From a virus (lineage: Duplodnaviria; Caudoviricetes), in IMG/VR virus record IMGVR_UViG_3300025422_000007, positions 1 through 30,637 of that record: a stretch of DNA of 30,637 nt; one strand, given 5' to 3'. The notes beneath the pieces were generated by a model, which saw nothing but the letters and a program-made list of their open reading frames with translations, ran no database searches and was not told the origin of the DNA. Within the stretch, counting starts at the first letter, position 1. Every line of letters starts with the position of its first letter. Shown here piece by piece: positions 9,645 to 19,139 of the stretch. A program made the translations under genes and the position numbers.

Positions 9645-11011
9645 TGGCTGACAAGCCTGCTGACAAGAACGTCGTCCCGGGACTGCTACCGCAGAACCCG
9701 GCCCCGTTTGGGGAAGACAGCCAGCCCCGTAAGACACAGGTGCGGGGGCAGGTCGACCGCATCATGGCGGCCTTCCTCCAGGTGTTGCCCAGCAACTACG
9801 TCTCGCAGATCACCGGCCCCCTTTACACGATCCAGTTCCAGGCTGCGGCGGAGCGGATCGCCGACTTCCAGGTGACAGCACAGGAGATCTTCTCTGACTC
9901 GGGCTACGACTACACCCGGTCGGAGGTCCTGTACCAGATCATCGGGGCCATGGTGTTCCCCGACGCCGGACTGAGGGCAGGAACAGGTGACTGGCCGTCG
10001 ATCAGCGGCGACCTGACCTACAGGGAGTTCCTCCAGAGGATGGTGGAGCTTCTGTTGGCCGGTGCTACCACGGCCACGATCAAGTCCGGCGTTGAGCTTC
10101 TGACAGACGGCATCGTCCAGGTCCTAGAGAAGTCGGTCGCCGCCCGGACGACGCCTGGTTCGGCCTGGACGTGGGCCGATCAGCACACGTTCGAGATCAG
10201 CGTCACGGATAGCCGGACGATCACGGTTGGAGGGGTTGAGATCACGCTGGAGGACTTCCCCGAAGACCCCTTCACCTTCGTGAACAACCTGGAGATCGTG
10301 ATGCGGGCGCTCAAACCCGCCCACACGCTCTACGATTTCCGCTTCCTGTTCACTGAGAATTTCGCCCCGTTCTTCTCGGACAGCATGACGCTGGACATGG
10401 AGACTTACTACTACCAGGACTGGCGGCGGTACTGCTTGGGCTCCAGGCAGATCACCGGCACAGAGGGCGTGTCCCTCAACGACCGCACCTTGTTCAGCGA
10501 CGCCACGAGGGATTTCGCCAAGGTGCTGCCTGGTGCGGACCTCTTCATTGAGGCAGGGCCTAACTCGTCCGTCGGTGGGCGGGGACAGATCGGCCACTAC
10601 GTGGTGGATGAGGTGCGTGCGTTTCCTGTGGGGGACGACGCTACCGCACGGGCCTACACGACGGTCAGTGGCCTGAGCGGCACGGTGACGGTAGCAGGGG
10701 ACGTTCTGACAGACACCTCCCAGAACTGGGCTCTGGCCCCCGAGGGTGACATCCTGACGATCACGGAGGGATCCAACGCAGGGAGCTACCGCTTGAAGAC
10801 CCTGGTTGGGCTCAACGGCGGCCCCGTTGGAACCGTGGACGGCACCCTCTTTACGTTCACGCAGGTCCGGGTGGCCCACAGCATCCTACGCCTCCAGACG
10901 AGGATGCCTGTTGAGAGAACGGACCAGAGCTATACGGTCCAGGTGGACCGCTTGGGGGTGCAGGTGCCGAGGAGTAGGGCGGACGATGTCTCGTCCTATT
11001 TCTTCCGCTGA
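9644..11011 (+). CDS. Baseplate wedge/tail protein I-like (P2 gpI / Mu gp48 / YmfQ-like) with C-terminal repeat domains
   Basis: YREFL...LLAGATTATIKSGVELLT and LEIVMRALKPAHTLYDFRF (KPAH motif). Canonical position after J, with TGATG coupling. Confidence 0.75.
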   Translation: MADKPADKNVVPGLLPQNPAPFGEDSQPRKTQVRGQVDRIMAAFLQVLPSNYVSQITGPLYTIQFQAAAERIADFQVTAQEIFSDSGYDYTRSEVLYQIIGAMVFPDAGLRAGTGDWPSISGDLTYREFLQRMVELLLAGATTATIKSGVELLTDGIVQVLEKSVAARTTPGSAWTWADQHTFEISVTDSRTITVGGVEITLEDFPEDPFTFVNNLEIVMRALKPAHTLYDFRFLFTENFAPFFSDSMTLDMETYYYQDWRRYCLGSRQITGTEGVSLNDRTLFSDATRDFAKVLPGADLFIEAGPNSSVGGRGQIGHYVVDEVRAFPVGDDATARAYTTVSGLSGTVTVAGDVLTDTSQNWALAPEGDILTITEGSNAGSYRLKTLVGLNGGPVGTVDGTLFTFTQVRVAHSILRLQTRMPVERTDQSYTVQVDRLGVQVPRSRADDVSSYFFR

Positions 11012-11015
11012 TTGG

Positions 11016-11037
11016 CCTATACCCCGGCCTGTATGAG
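11016..11037 (+). promoter_or_regulatory. Candidate phage late-promoter motif, copy 2 (CCTATA-N11-ATGAG)
   Basis: Lies in the 49-nt intergenic gap. Both blocks are identical to copy 1. It is followed by an AGGAG RBS at 11051-11055. Confidence 0.6.
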
Positions 11038-11060
11038 GTCGGAGACCGTGAGGAGAAGCT

Positions 11061-12977
11061 ATGCCTGCCAGCATCCGAGTTACCCTATACGATTCGCCCG
11101 GGGGAACCCAGGTCGGGTCGGTCACGACGGATTCCAGCCGGGACGATCTCCGCAAGGGGTATCAGGTTGTCTGTGAGTCCGTCTACGAATCGAACAGCTA
11201 CAGTTGGGCGTTGGCGTTCACCCCGGACTCCTCCGGCCCGGTGTCAGCTTCCGGGAACAACTTTGACGGGACGCCTTCCCTGGCCGCCCTTCTACCCCCC
11301 GAGGGGAGTACCTCCCGGACCTGCAAGTTCAACATCGACTGGGATGGGGCCTACCTTCTCCGCCTCGTTGTAGACGCAGGGCTGCCGACAGAGGCGACGA
11401 CATTCATCCGTCTGCGGCTCATGACTACGTTCGGCGACATCAAGCTCGTGGCAGCGGGTGAGCGCCGGGATCAGACCGGCGTCGTACCCGTGGACGCCAG
11501 CCCCGAAGGCTGGGCCAACGACCAGAACCAGAACCTTCAGCGGATCATGGGACTCGTCCGGCGCACCTCCACCAGCGGGCGTGTCCTGTACGTGGATGCC
11601 AACAGGGGGCGTGACAGGTCAGCGGATCCGAATGACCCCGACAACATCATCCGCATGCCGGGGCCTGACTCGGTGGCCCGTGACCAGTCCGGGTTCCGTA
11701 TCCGGGCGGTCGGATTCGGCGACTTCTCATCCATCAATGACGCCATCGCCTACGCAGAGGGCGCTGTAGGTCGGGGTGAGCCTGCCCCGTCCGAGTTGGA
11801 CCCCTACTGGATCATGGTGGCCCCGGGCTACTACGAGGAAGCCCTGGACCTCAAGCCCTGGATTCACCTTGCAGCAAGGGACGCAGGGCTTGCCTCCCTG
11901 ATGCTCCTGGCGACGGAGTTGTTCCGGGTCGGTTCCGTAACTGTGAGGGTCCCCTCTGGCTCCGCACAGGGCATGCACCTGGCGACAGGTGGCATGACGA
12001 CGCCTGCCAGCGCCTTCGAGTACTGTGCCATCAACGGCATCCAACTGGAGAGTGCAGAGGCCAACACGTACCCGGCCTTGGGCCTCGACGGCATCGTGGC
12101 TTTCACAGCACTGAGTTCGGCCACAAAGCTTGGCACGCAGGGTTGCGGTATCGGGGTTCGTCCTGGGAGCCTTGGCGGATTCATCGCCTTCGACAGTGCC
12201 TTCAACGGCACTCAGGACAGCTTCTCCTACAGTGGGGCAGCCCTCGAAGATGGATGCTTGGGGATCTTGGTCCGGTCTACCGCAACAGGCGGTTCCGGGT
12301 ACATCGCAGAAGGCGCAGACGCCACCTCATTCCTTCTTTACTCTATCCTGGAGGGGTATCACGCCAGCGGCTGGGGTGCCCGTGTGCAAGGGGACCTGGG
12401 CTTGACGTTCACCCACTCCTTCGGGGGTGCATCAGGCGGGGCCCTCCGGTACGAGTGTCCCACGGGATCCACCCAGTCGTTTGAGCCCACTCTGGCCCAC
12501 AGCAGCCTCGACGGCGACGTGGTGTTCGACGGTTCGAACACCACGGGCACTATCACAGTGTACGCACGGGGGACGACCGCCAAGGCATCGGGCGACGTAA
12601 CCTCCATCGGTGGCAACGTCACCATCCAGGGTGGCTACTTCATCGGGGGCGGGGGCGGCGGAGGCGGCAACGTCTGGGACGTGCATCCTCTGGCCTCGGC
12701 GACTCCGTACCAGATGACGAACGACAACCGCCTCGTCCTGGCCGATACGACCCTCGTGTCCCCCACGGTTCACATGCCGCTTTCCCCTTCTGAGGGCCAG
12801 ATCGCATCAGTGAAGGATGCGGGGGGCAACGCTGCGGTCAACAACATCACCCTCACGACAGGCGGCGGGGGTAACGTGTTCGATGCCAGCCTCGGCGGCG
12901 GTGGGGCCTATACGATGGCTGTGAACAACTCAGCCTTCAACCTCTGCTACTACTCCGGGGTCTGGTACTCAGTCTGA
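11061..12977 (+). CDS. 638-aa tailspike/fibre-like protein: PKD/Ig-like N-terminus, pectin-lyase-like beta-helix, poly-Gly linker, small C-terminal beta domain
   Basis: YSWAL...FNIDWDGAYLLRLVVD is PKD-like. VLYVD...DFSSINDAIAYA...IMVAPGYYEEALDLKPWIHL is a beta-helix cap. There is a G8 linker and a C-terminal VLADTT...TVHMP..P..GQ..SVKDAGGNAAVNNITL...GVW domain of a type common in phage fibres. Confidence 0.65.
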   Translation: MPASIRVTLYDSPGGTQVGSVTTDSSRDDLRKGYQVVCESVYESNSYSWALAFTPDSSGPVSASGNNFDGTPSLAALLPPEGSTSRTCKFNIDWDGAYLLRLVVDAGLPTEATTFIRLRLMTTFGDIKLVAAGERRDQTGVVPVDASPEGWANDQNQNLQRIMGLVRRTSTSGRVLYVDANRGRDRSADPNDPDNIIRMPGPDSVARDQSGFRIRAVGFGDFSSINDAIAYAEGAVGRGEPAPSELDPYWIMVAPGYYEEALDLKPWIHLAARDAGLASLMLLATELFRVGSVTVRVPSGSAQGMHLATGGMTTPASAFEYCAINGIQLESAEANTYPALGLDGIVAFTALSSATKLGTQGCGIGVRPGSLGGFIAFDSAFNGTQDSFSYSGAALEDGCLGILVRSTATGGSGYIAEGADATSFLLYSILEGYHASGWGARVQGDLGLTFTHSFGGASGGALRYECPTGSTQSFEPTLAHSSLDGDVVFDGSNTTGTITVYARGTTAKASGDVTSIGGNVTIQGGYFIGGGGGGGGNVWDVHPLASATPYQMTNDNRLVLADTTLVSPTVHMPLSPSEGQIASVKDAGGNAAVNNITLTTGGGGNVFDASLGGGGAYTMAVNNSAFNLCYYSGVWYSV

Positions 12978-12986
12978 TGAGGTCCC

Positions 12987-15900
12987 ATGGCGGGTGAGCT
13001 TCACACCACTGACCCCGCAGAATGCTTTGGCACAAGCGTCTACGGGTTCGGTCCATTCCCCCTACCTGGCGAGACCGTTGTGGACTGCTCCACACAGCCG
13101 GTGGGTGCGGGCTTTGGCGGCGTGGGGTGGGCCTCTAGCCCTTACGAGGCCCCTCCGGCTGGCACGCCCTACGGTCTTGGCCCTTACGGCTGTGTGCTGG
13201 ACCTGGGCGGCGCTCCTGACCTTGCCCTTGAGGGCGGTTACGGTGGCGACCCTTACGGACTAGGCTCCTACGGCAGCATCGACACAGTCCCGCCCCGGAT
13301 CACCGGAGCGGTCAGCATCTCTGCGTGGGAGATCGAGGTCTTCTTCTCCGAGGAGATGGACGAGGACAACCCGGCCCTTTTAGACCCCGCCTCGTACATC
13401 CTGACGGCGATGAGCTATGCCGCCACCACAGAGACCGAGTCTGTCACTGTGGGCACCCGTGGCAGCATTGGGGCCTGGGATAGCCTTGCAGCCCCGACGT
13501 CCGTCATCGTGCGGCACAAGGGCACAACACAGGGCGGAGCGTACAGCATCAGTGCGGTGGGGCCGACGGACCTCAACGGTTCGCCCCTCCTACCGATCAC
13601 CATCCCGCTCCTGACAAGGGGGGCAGCGCCTCCTTACGAGGTGACCCCGTCCGGGAACGGTGAGCAGCTTCTGTTCAAGTGGCGCTACCCGATGCTCCCT
13701 GGTGGGGGTTCAGCGACGATGGCGTCTGTGGGTTCCACGGGCGGGTCGGTAGGTTCTGGAGACTCCCTGGAGGATATGGGCTCCTACAGGTTTGAGTCCT
13801 CGCCGGAGTTCCCGGTGCTCTTGACGCCGCTTTCGGCAGAGTTCCCCTACGGCGGGGACTACACCGAGAGCTTCCTGTCCGTTATGGGCATGACTTCACT
13901 GGAGTACACGGCCTACGTGTCTCCGGCCTACTCACAGACCTATGACGGGTCCACACTCCCGTCGGCGTCCGAGACTTGTGACGGTGAGGAACTGAACCCG
14001 TTGGGCGGGGCGTCCCTCCCAGGTGACTACCTCCGGCTGCTCCGGTACTCCACACGGGCTTACGGTTGGGAGTTCCGGGAGCGTGCGGGGGCCTACAACA
14101 ACCATCTCCTGCCAGACTCGACCATGCGGGTGGACTTTACGTTCAACGCACAGCAGGCCACATACTCGCCGCCCCTGAGCGGCTTGGCGGATTTCCGGCT
14201 GGGTACGCTCACGGTGGAGGACGGCCCGGTAGGTACAGGGGTCAGGATCGAACTCACCTTCAACAAGGTGCTCGACGATTACTGGATCACAGTGCAGTGC
14301 GGTGCCTATGCCCTGAAGGTCGAGGCCGCTTGGCTGTCCGGTACGAACACGGTCTCCGTTGTCCGCAACATGCTGGCGGGGATCTACACCGTCCTGTGGA
14401 ATGAGCACCCGCTCATGTCCACGGCGCTCTCCAACTTCACGGAACCCTCTGAGGACGGACCTCGGGTTACCTGGTTGATGCCTGCCGAGGCAGTGCGGGT
14501 AGACGGCGTTCAGGTCTGGGATGTCAATGTCACGGCCACACAAACGGTCTTCTCGGGGGTGTGGAACTTCGCCCACGAGCACACGTCCACCTTCACAGGT
14601 TCCACGACGGCTACGAGGGACACCCTCCTGACGGAGAAGGGGCCGCTGGTCAAGGATTGGGGTGACGCTACCCCAGCCACGAAGCAGGACGTGTCTGTCC
14701 TGGTCAACGGGACGGCCATCGAAGTTGAGGACGTGAACCCCTGGATCGGTCAGGTGTGGACTACGATCCCGATCCCGCTGATGCCGCCGGGGATGATCGA
14801 CGTCCAGGTCGACTACAAGTGGCAGAAGAAGCCGGTGATGGAGTTCCAGGCGCTCAACACTGAGGGCCTCGTGCTGAACCAGTGGGACAGGGACAAGGGC
14901 AACACCTTCCCCGTACACCCTGGCTACGCCGTCCAGGACGCCACTCACCCGAAGGGTGCGGCCTCGATCACCAGGTTCCCCTTCGGGACCGTCCTGGGGC
15001 CGCTGGTCAATCCGACCCCGTTGCACATCGGTCACCGTTACATGGGCTTCGAGCGGGACTACTCGGCGCTGACAAACAGCCCGACGACCCTGTTGCTCAA
15101 CCAGAGCCCCTTCCGCACGTCCACGGACGCCTTTGAGCGGATGCCCGAGGGCGTGTCTGTAGCCTACGAGGGGATCGTCGATCCTTTGCTGGACGACCCC
15201 GTATGGATCCTCACAGGCACCGACGGTGGGGCACCCAACGGCGACGGCACTTACACAGTCAGCGATGACTCGAACGAAGACGCAGCACTGTACTGGCGGG
15301 AAGTGGACCTCACGTTCCCCTCCACCATCAACATGGTGGCCCGGTTCATTGTGGACTCCTACACGGTGGACGGTGTGTTCACAGGGGTCGGTTTCGGCAT
15401 CCACAACAACTACGAGTTGTTCATGGCCGGGGCCTTGCTGGTCAACGGTCTTGAGCACGTCGGGATGATTCTGGACCCGAGATACCCGGAGCAGCTTGCC
15501 TCCTGGGAGATCGGGCACACCACGGCGACGTTGCTCACCCAGAGCACGCTCTCCGTGACCACCAGTGAGATCCCCTCGGGGTTGGCGGCGAGCGCACAGT
15601 TCCAGATCCTCACCGGGCCGCAGGCTGGCGTCTACACGATCACCAACGCTGTGGCCCAGTGTGACGGGACCACCACCCTCACGATCTCCGGGACGTTCCC
15701 GGCCAACGTCCGGCACTACGGGAACAACGACCCGGAACTCTACTTTGAGACCAAGTGGAGCGAGAGCCTGGCATCCTACCGGCTGACGGTGGACCCAGAC
15801 TCGAAGAGCGCCGTGCTCACCATGTCCGGGTCGACCACAATGACTCTGGTCACCCTGGACGGAACAGCCCCGACCGTCCCGCAACCCGCTGATACCACAC

Positions 15901-18419
15901 TGCTTCTGTCTACGGACTACACGGGGCAGGCGTTTTGGGGTGGTGTTAGCCGAGCAGCTAAGAATCAGAGCACATGGTCTTTCGTCCGCTACGGCGTTGT
16001 ACCGGACGCCAGCACCATCAGAGGGCACGCCCTCACGACCGCCACGAACATGGATCTCCTGCCGGAATTGGACACGGACGACGAGTGGTTTACCCGTCAG
16101 GCGTTCGGGTTTGCCGAAACTTCGGGCGGGAGTTTGCTTCTCAAGTCCACATCGGCCAATGCATCCCTAAACTTCGGGTACAGTTACGAAAGGATCGAGC
16201 CGTTCTTCACCCAAGACTCCAACTTGGACCTCCGGGCACAGTATCATGCCGATTCGGGGAACTTGGGGGCCGGAGACGCTGAGATCGTCCTGAATGATGG
16301 GACGAGAGAGGTCCGGCTGGCTACGCTCCTGTACAGGGAAGGCTTCTCCCACCCGTACAGGCGGTTGATCGACCTTCCGGTGGAGAGCATCGCCGGGATG
16401 CTCCTACCGACAGACCAGGGCTGGGCCCTGGTGGCCGCCTCCGACGGTTCCGCCGCTTCCCACGAGGCCGACCTGGTCACGACGGTTGAGGCAGGGCAGA
16501 TCCATCGGTACTCGGCCTCCTTGACGGCTAACCCGGACGTGCCGGACGGCGGTGACCGGATCCTTGAGGCCCGTCTGGCTGTGGACTCTTACACAGCGGT
16601 CGGCGATGACACCGGGATCTTCTTCGCTGGAGAGGCGGAGGACGCCCCCTTCCACGGTTACGTGGAGGTCCGGCTCCTGGTTGGACGTGTGGCCCTCGTG
16701 GATTCGATGGGCGGCACCATCCACTCCTTCGTATTCGCTTGGGATGACGGGGAGTTCCACACCTACAGAGTCGTGGCCAGCAACGGTGGCGTCGTCCTGT
16801 CCATTGATGACACGATCCAGAGCCCCACACTCTCGCTGACCAGCTTCGGGGGCGGCACGGGAACATCCCGCTGCCTGTTCGGAGCCGGGGCGACAAGTGG
16901 GACGGCCAGCATTGTGCGGTGGCGTTCCCTCTCCTACTCGATGATGGAGCCTTTGGGCTCCCTCCGCACGTTGGGTGTGTGGAGAGGCGGCGACCGTTCG
17001 AACATCGACAACTGGGAGATCCCCCGGACGGACACCACGACGGCATCCAACTCGTCCGAGGTGGGGCCTGTCATCGAGCCCATGGACTGGCAGACGATCA
17101 TGGATGTCCGCATCTTGCGGACGCCTGGTTGGGGTGTCTCCGTCTACCGGCCTGATCTTCCGGCTCCCCCGTACTACGTGCCCTCGACGCCGGGTGTCCC
17201 GGGTTCCGGGTTCATCACGACGACATCGGAACCCTCTGCGGCCTGGATCAACATGCTGTACGGGGACATCCCCACGGTCTCCTCGACCTTCGGGTTCGTC
17301 CAGTGGGGCGCTCCTCAGTGGGAGAGTGTCACACAGCAGCGATGGTCTTACGTCCGCTACCGTCTCTTCAAGGTGCCGACCGAGGACTTCTTCGCCCCGA
17401 CGGGCATGCTCCTCAACCGTTTCAATGTCATCGCCAGCGGGGAGATCACCCGGGACAGGGCGATGGAGACGGTCAGCGTGCAGACGCTGGACAACAAGCG
17501 GGTGACCCTGCGTCCGGCACACCTGTATGCCGATAGCATCTGGAAGGTCGTGGACGGGGAGACCATCTTCACCCACGAGGACTTCACCCTCGGTGAACAC
17601 GGCCAACTGATCACGTTGGGGACGGACTCGGCGGGCAACGAACTCACGTTCTCCGGCGACCACGCCTCTGTCACCGTCGTGTTCATCCCTGGCAAGCCGG
17701 TAACGAACACTTACCTGCTCAACCAGCCGCTCCTGGATGGCGTGACCCTGTTGAACGAGGGCACTCCGCCGATCCCCAAGAGCATGGTGGGAGAGGCAGA
17801 GTACTACGAGTCAGTCGGGGCGACGGGACTTGGGCCGGACGATTCCGTGGGTGCAGGGGCCTCCGTAGGCGGCTACCCCATCGCCGGGTTCAAGGACACC
17901 CCAGGCACTCAGTACGAGGACCTCTCCTTCTACGAGGTGGACAACGGCGGGGACACGAACCTGATCCACCCGTTCTGCGAGGACAGGCAGGAGTACGAGT
18001 TCAGCGGCACCATGTTCTGGCAGCCCTATCCCGTCCCGAAGGCTGTGCCCTTTGAGGTCCAGCAGGGCGGCGGTATGCCGGGGCAGTTCCTGTACGCCTC
18101 GGGCGGCGGATACATGGGGCCGGTAGTGGATGACACAGGCAAGGTCATCGGTGAGGCCCCCTTGGGAGGCACGCTGGGACCTGGATCTGCTGTCCTGTGG
18201 CCCAACGCTCCGTCCCACAATGCGGTGGCCGGACGTGGAGAGGGCCACATCGAGCAGCGTGTCGAATGGCATATCAGGTTGCGCTCCGTACTGAGCGGGG
18301 CTGGTAGTGTAGGGGAGAGCACCGGCAGCGCAGGTACGACCGAGACCCCGTTGGAAGAGACATGGCCCTCGCCGACGGACGAGTTGATCGAGTTCACCCT
18401 GATCCCGGTGGGCCCGTAA
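12987..18419 (+). CDS. 1810-aa giant virion protein with Gly-Tyr repeats, an Ig-like domain and multiple ConA/LamG-like beta-sandwich modules
   Basis: N-terminal YGxGPYG-type repeats. DTVPPRITGA...IEVFFSEEMD...DPASYIL is Ig-like. WDDGEFHTYRVV...VVLSIDD is ConA-like. Long uninterrupted ORF. Confidence 0.7.
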   Translation: MAGELHTTDPAECFGTSVYGFGPFPLPGETVVDCSTQPVGAGFGGVGWASSPYEAPPAGTPYGLGPYGCVLDLGGAPDLALEGGYGGDPYGLGSYGSIDTVPPRITGAVSISAWEIEVFFSEEMDEDNPALLDPASYILTAMSYAATTETESVTVGTRGSIGAWDSLAAPTSVIVRHKGTTQGGAYSISAVGPTDLNGSPLLPITIPLLTRGAAPPYEVTPSGNGEQLLFKWRYPMLPGGGSATMASVGSTGGSVGSGDSLEDMGSYRFESSPEFPVLLTPLSAEFPYGGDYTESFLSVMGMTSLEYTAYVSPAYSQTYDGSTLPSASETCDGEELNPLGGASLPGDYLRLLRYSTRAYGWEFRERAGAYNNHLLPDSTMRVDFTFNAQQATYSPPLSGLADFRLGTLTVEDGPVGTGVRIELTFNKVLDDYWITVQCGAYALKVEAAWLSGTNTVSVVRNMLAGIYTVLWNEHPLMSTALSNFTEPSEDGPRVTWLMPAEAVRVDGVQVWDVNVTATQTVFSGVWNFAHEHTSTFTGSTTATRDTLLTEKGPLVKDWGDATPATKQDVSVLVNGTAIEVEDVNPWIGQVWTTIPIPLMPPGMIDVQVDYKWQKKPVMEFQALNTEGLVLNQWDRDKGNTFPVHPGYAVQDATHPKGAASITRFPFGTVLGPLVNPTPLHIGHRYMGFERDYSALTNSPTTLLLNQSPFRTSTDAFERMPEGVSVAYEGIVDPLLDDPVWILTGTDGGAPNGDGTYTVSDDSNEDAALYWREVDLTFPSTINMVARFIVDSYTVDGVFTGVGFGIHNNYELFMAGALLVNGLEHVGMILDPRYPEQLASWEIGHTTATLLTQSTLSVTTSEIPSGLAASAQFQILTGPQAGVYTITNAVAQCDGTTTLTISGTFPANVRHYGNNDPELYFETKWSESLASYRLTVDPDSKSAVLTMSGSTTMTLVTLDGTAPTVPQPADTTLLLSTDYTGQAFWGGVSRAAKNQSTWSFVRYGVVPDASTIRGHALTTATNMDLLPELDTDDEWFTRQAFGFAETSGGSLLLKSTSANASLNFGYSYERIEPFFTQDSNLDLRAQYHADSGNLGAGDAEIVLNDGTREVRLATLLYREGFSHPYRRLIDLPVESIAGMLLPTDQGWALVAASDGSAASHEADLVTTVEAGQIHRYSASLTANPDVPDGGDRILEARLAVDSYTAVGDDTGIFFAGEAEDAPFHGYVEVRLLVGRVALVDSMGGTIHSFVFAWDDGEFHTYRVVASNGGVVLSIDDTIQSPTLSLTSFGGGTGTSRCLFGAGATSGTASIVRWRSLSYSMMEPLGSLRTLGVWRGGDRSNIDNWEIPRTDTTTASNSSEVGPVIEPMDWQTIMDVRILRTPGWGVSVYRPDLPAPPYYVPSTPGVPGSGFITTTSEPSAAWINMLYGDIPTVSSTFGFVQWGAPQWESVTQQRWSYVRYRLFKVPTEDFFAPTGMLLNRFNVIASGEITRDRAMETVSVQTLDNKRVTLRPAHLYADSIWKVVDGETIFTHEDFTLGEHGQLITLGTDSAGNELTFSGDHASVTVVFIPGKPVTNTYLLNQPLLDGVTLLNEGTPPIPKSMVGEAEYYESVGATGLGPDDSVGAGASVGGYPIAGFKDTPGTQYEDLSFYEVDNGGDTNLIHPFCEDRQEYEFSGTMFWQPYPVPKAVPFEVQQGGGMPGQFLYASGGGYMGPVVDDTGKVIGEAPLGGTLGPGSAVLWPNAPSHNAVAGRGEGHIEQRVEWHIRLRSVLSGAGSVGESTGSAGTTETPLEETWPSPTDELIEFTLIPVGP

Positions 18420-18429
18420 CAATAGTCGG

Positions 18430-18451
18430 GCTATGAGAGCGGCCTGATAGG
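18430..18451 (+). promoter_or_regulatory. Candidate phage late-promoter motif, copy 3 (GCTATG-N11-ATAGG; degenerate)
   Basis: Lies in the 44-nt intergenic gap with the same spacing. The downstream block overlaps the AGGAGGAG RBS, which weakens the match. Confidence 0.4.
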
Positions 18452-18463
18452 AGGAGTGACACA

Positions 18464-19117
18464 ATGAACCGACGACCCCTTACGGAGCGCTTCCCCCGGC
18501 CCAAGACCGGGATGAAGATGGGCTTGGAGTTCCGGTACGCGGAGACCGTTCGTAAGCCCAGAGGGTTCTTCATCTTCCACATGACGGATGCCCGGACGGG
18601 AGATGTGCTGCATCACTTCGAGCGGGAGAACGTCATCACGCTGGACGCCGGGATTCTGGCCGCCCGTCAGATGAAGGACAGCCAGCAGCCTGTGGCGAAC
18701 CGCAACAACGGTCTCCGCATGCTGACCATCGGCACCGGGGCTACAGGCAACGTCCTCTCCCCGGATGCACCGACGGAAGAGCAGCGCCGCCTCAACAGTG
18801 AGATCCAGCGTAAGGCGTTCGCCTCGTCCACTTTCAGGGACGAGAGTGGCGTGGCGGTGGCTTACCCCACACATATCGTGGACTTCACGACGACCTACGG
18901 GGAGGCAGAGGCGGTGGGGCCGTTGAACGAGATGGGCGTCATCAGCCCGTACTCGGACAACCCGGCAGTGCAGAATCCCATCGAGAACGGGCCGACAGAC
19001 TACGACCCGACCATCGACGTGAGTGCCAAGGATCTGATGGCGAACTACCTCACCTTTGGGGTGGTGACCAAGCCTTCCACGGCTCTGCTGACGATCACCT
19101 GGCGTTTCACGTTCTAG
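18464..19117 (+). CDS. Stand-alone tail-collar/fibre-attachment protein (P2 gpH N-terminal / DUF3751-like)
   Basis: ENVITLDAG..LAA...MLTIGTG...PT..Q..LNSEI.RK...FTTTYGEAEAVGPLNEMGV...LMANYLTFGVVTK...LTITWRFTF follows the tail-collar pattern. Strong RBS at 18449-18456. Confidence 0.7.
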   Translation: MNRRPLTERFPRPKTGMKMGLEFRYAETVRKPRGFFIFHMTDARTGDVLHHFERENVITLDAGILAARQMKDSQQPVANRNNGLRMLTIGTGATGNVLSPDAPTEEQRRLNSEIQRKAFASSTFRDESGVAVAYPTHIVDFTTTYGEAEAVGPLNEMGVISPYSDNPAVQNPIENGPTDYDPTIDVSAKDLMANYLTFGVVTKPSTALLTITWRFTF

Positions 19118-19139
19118 TTTGGGCTGAAGAGGGATACGC

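Noticed and set aside
12907-12928. Fifth promoter copy (CCTATA) about 75 nt upstream of the 1810-aa gene
   Set aside because: It is inside a coding region and the block 11 nt downstream (AACAA) does not match ATGAG/TAGAG/ATAGG. The same applies to CCTATA at 672.
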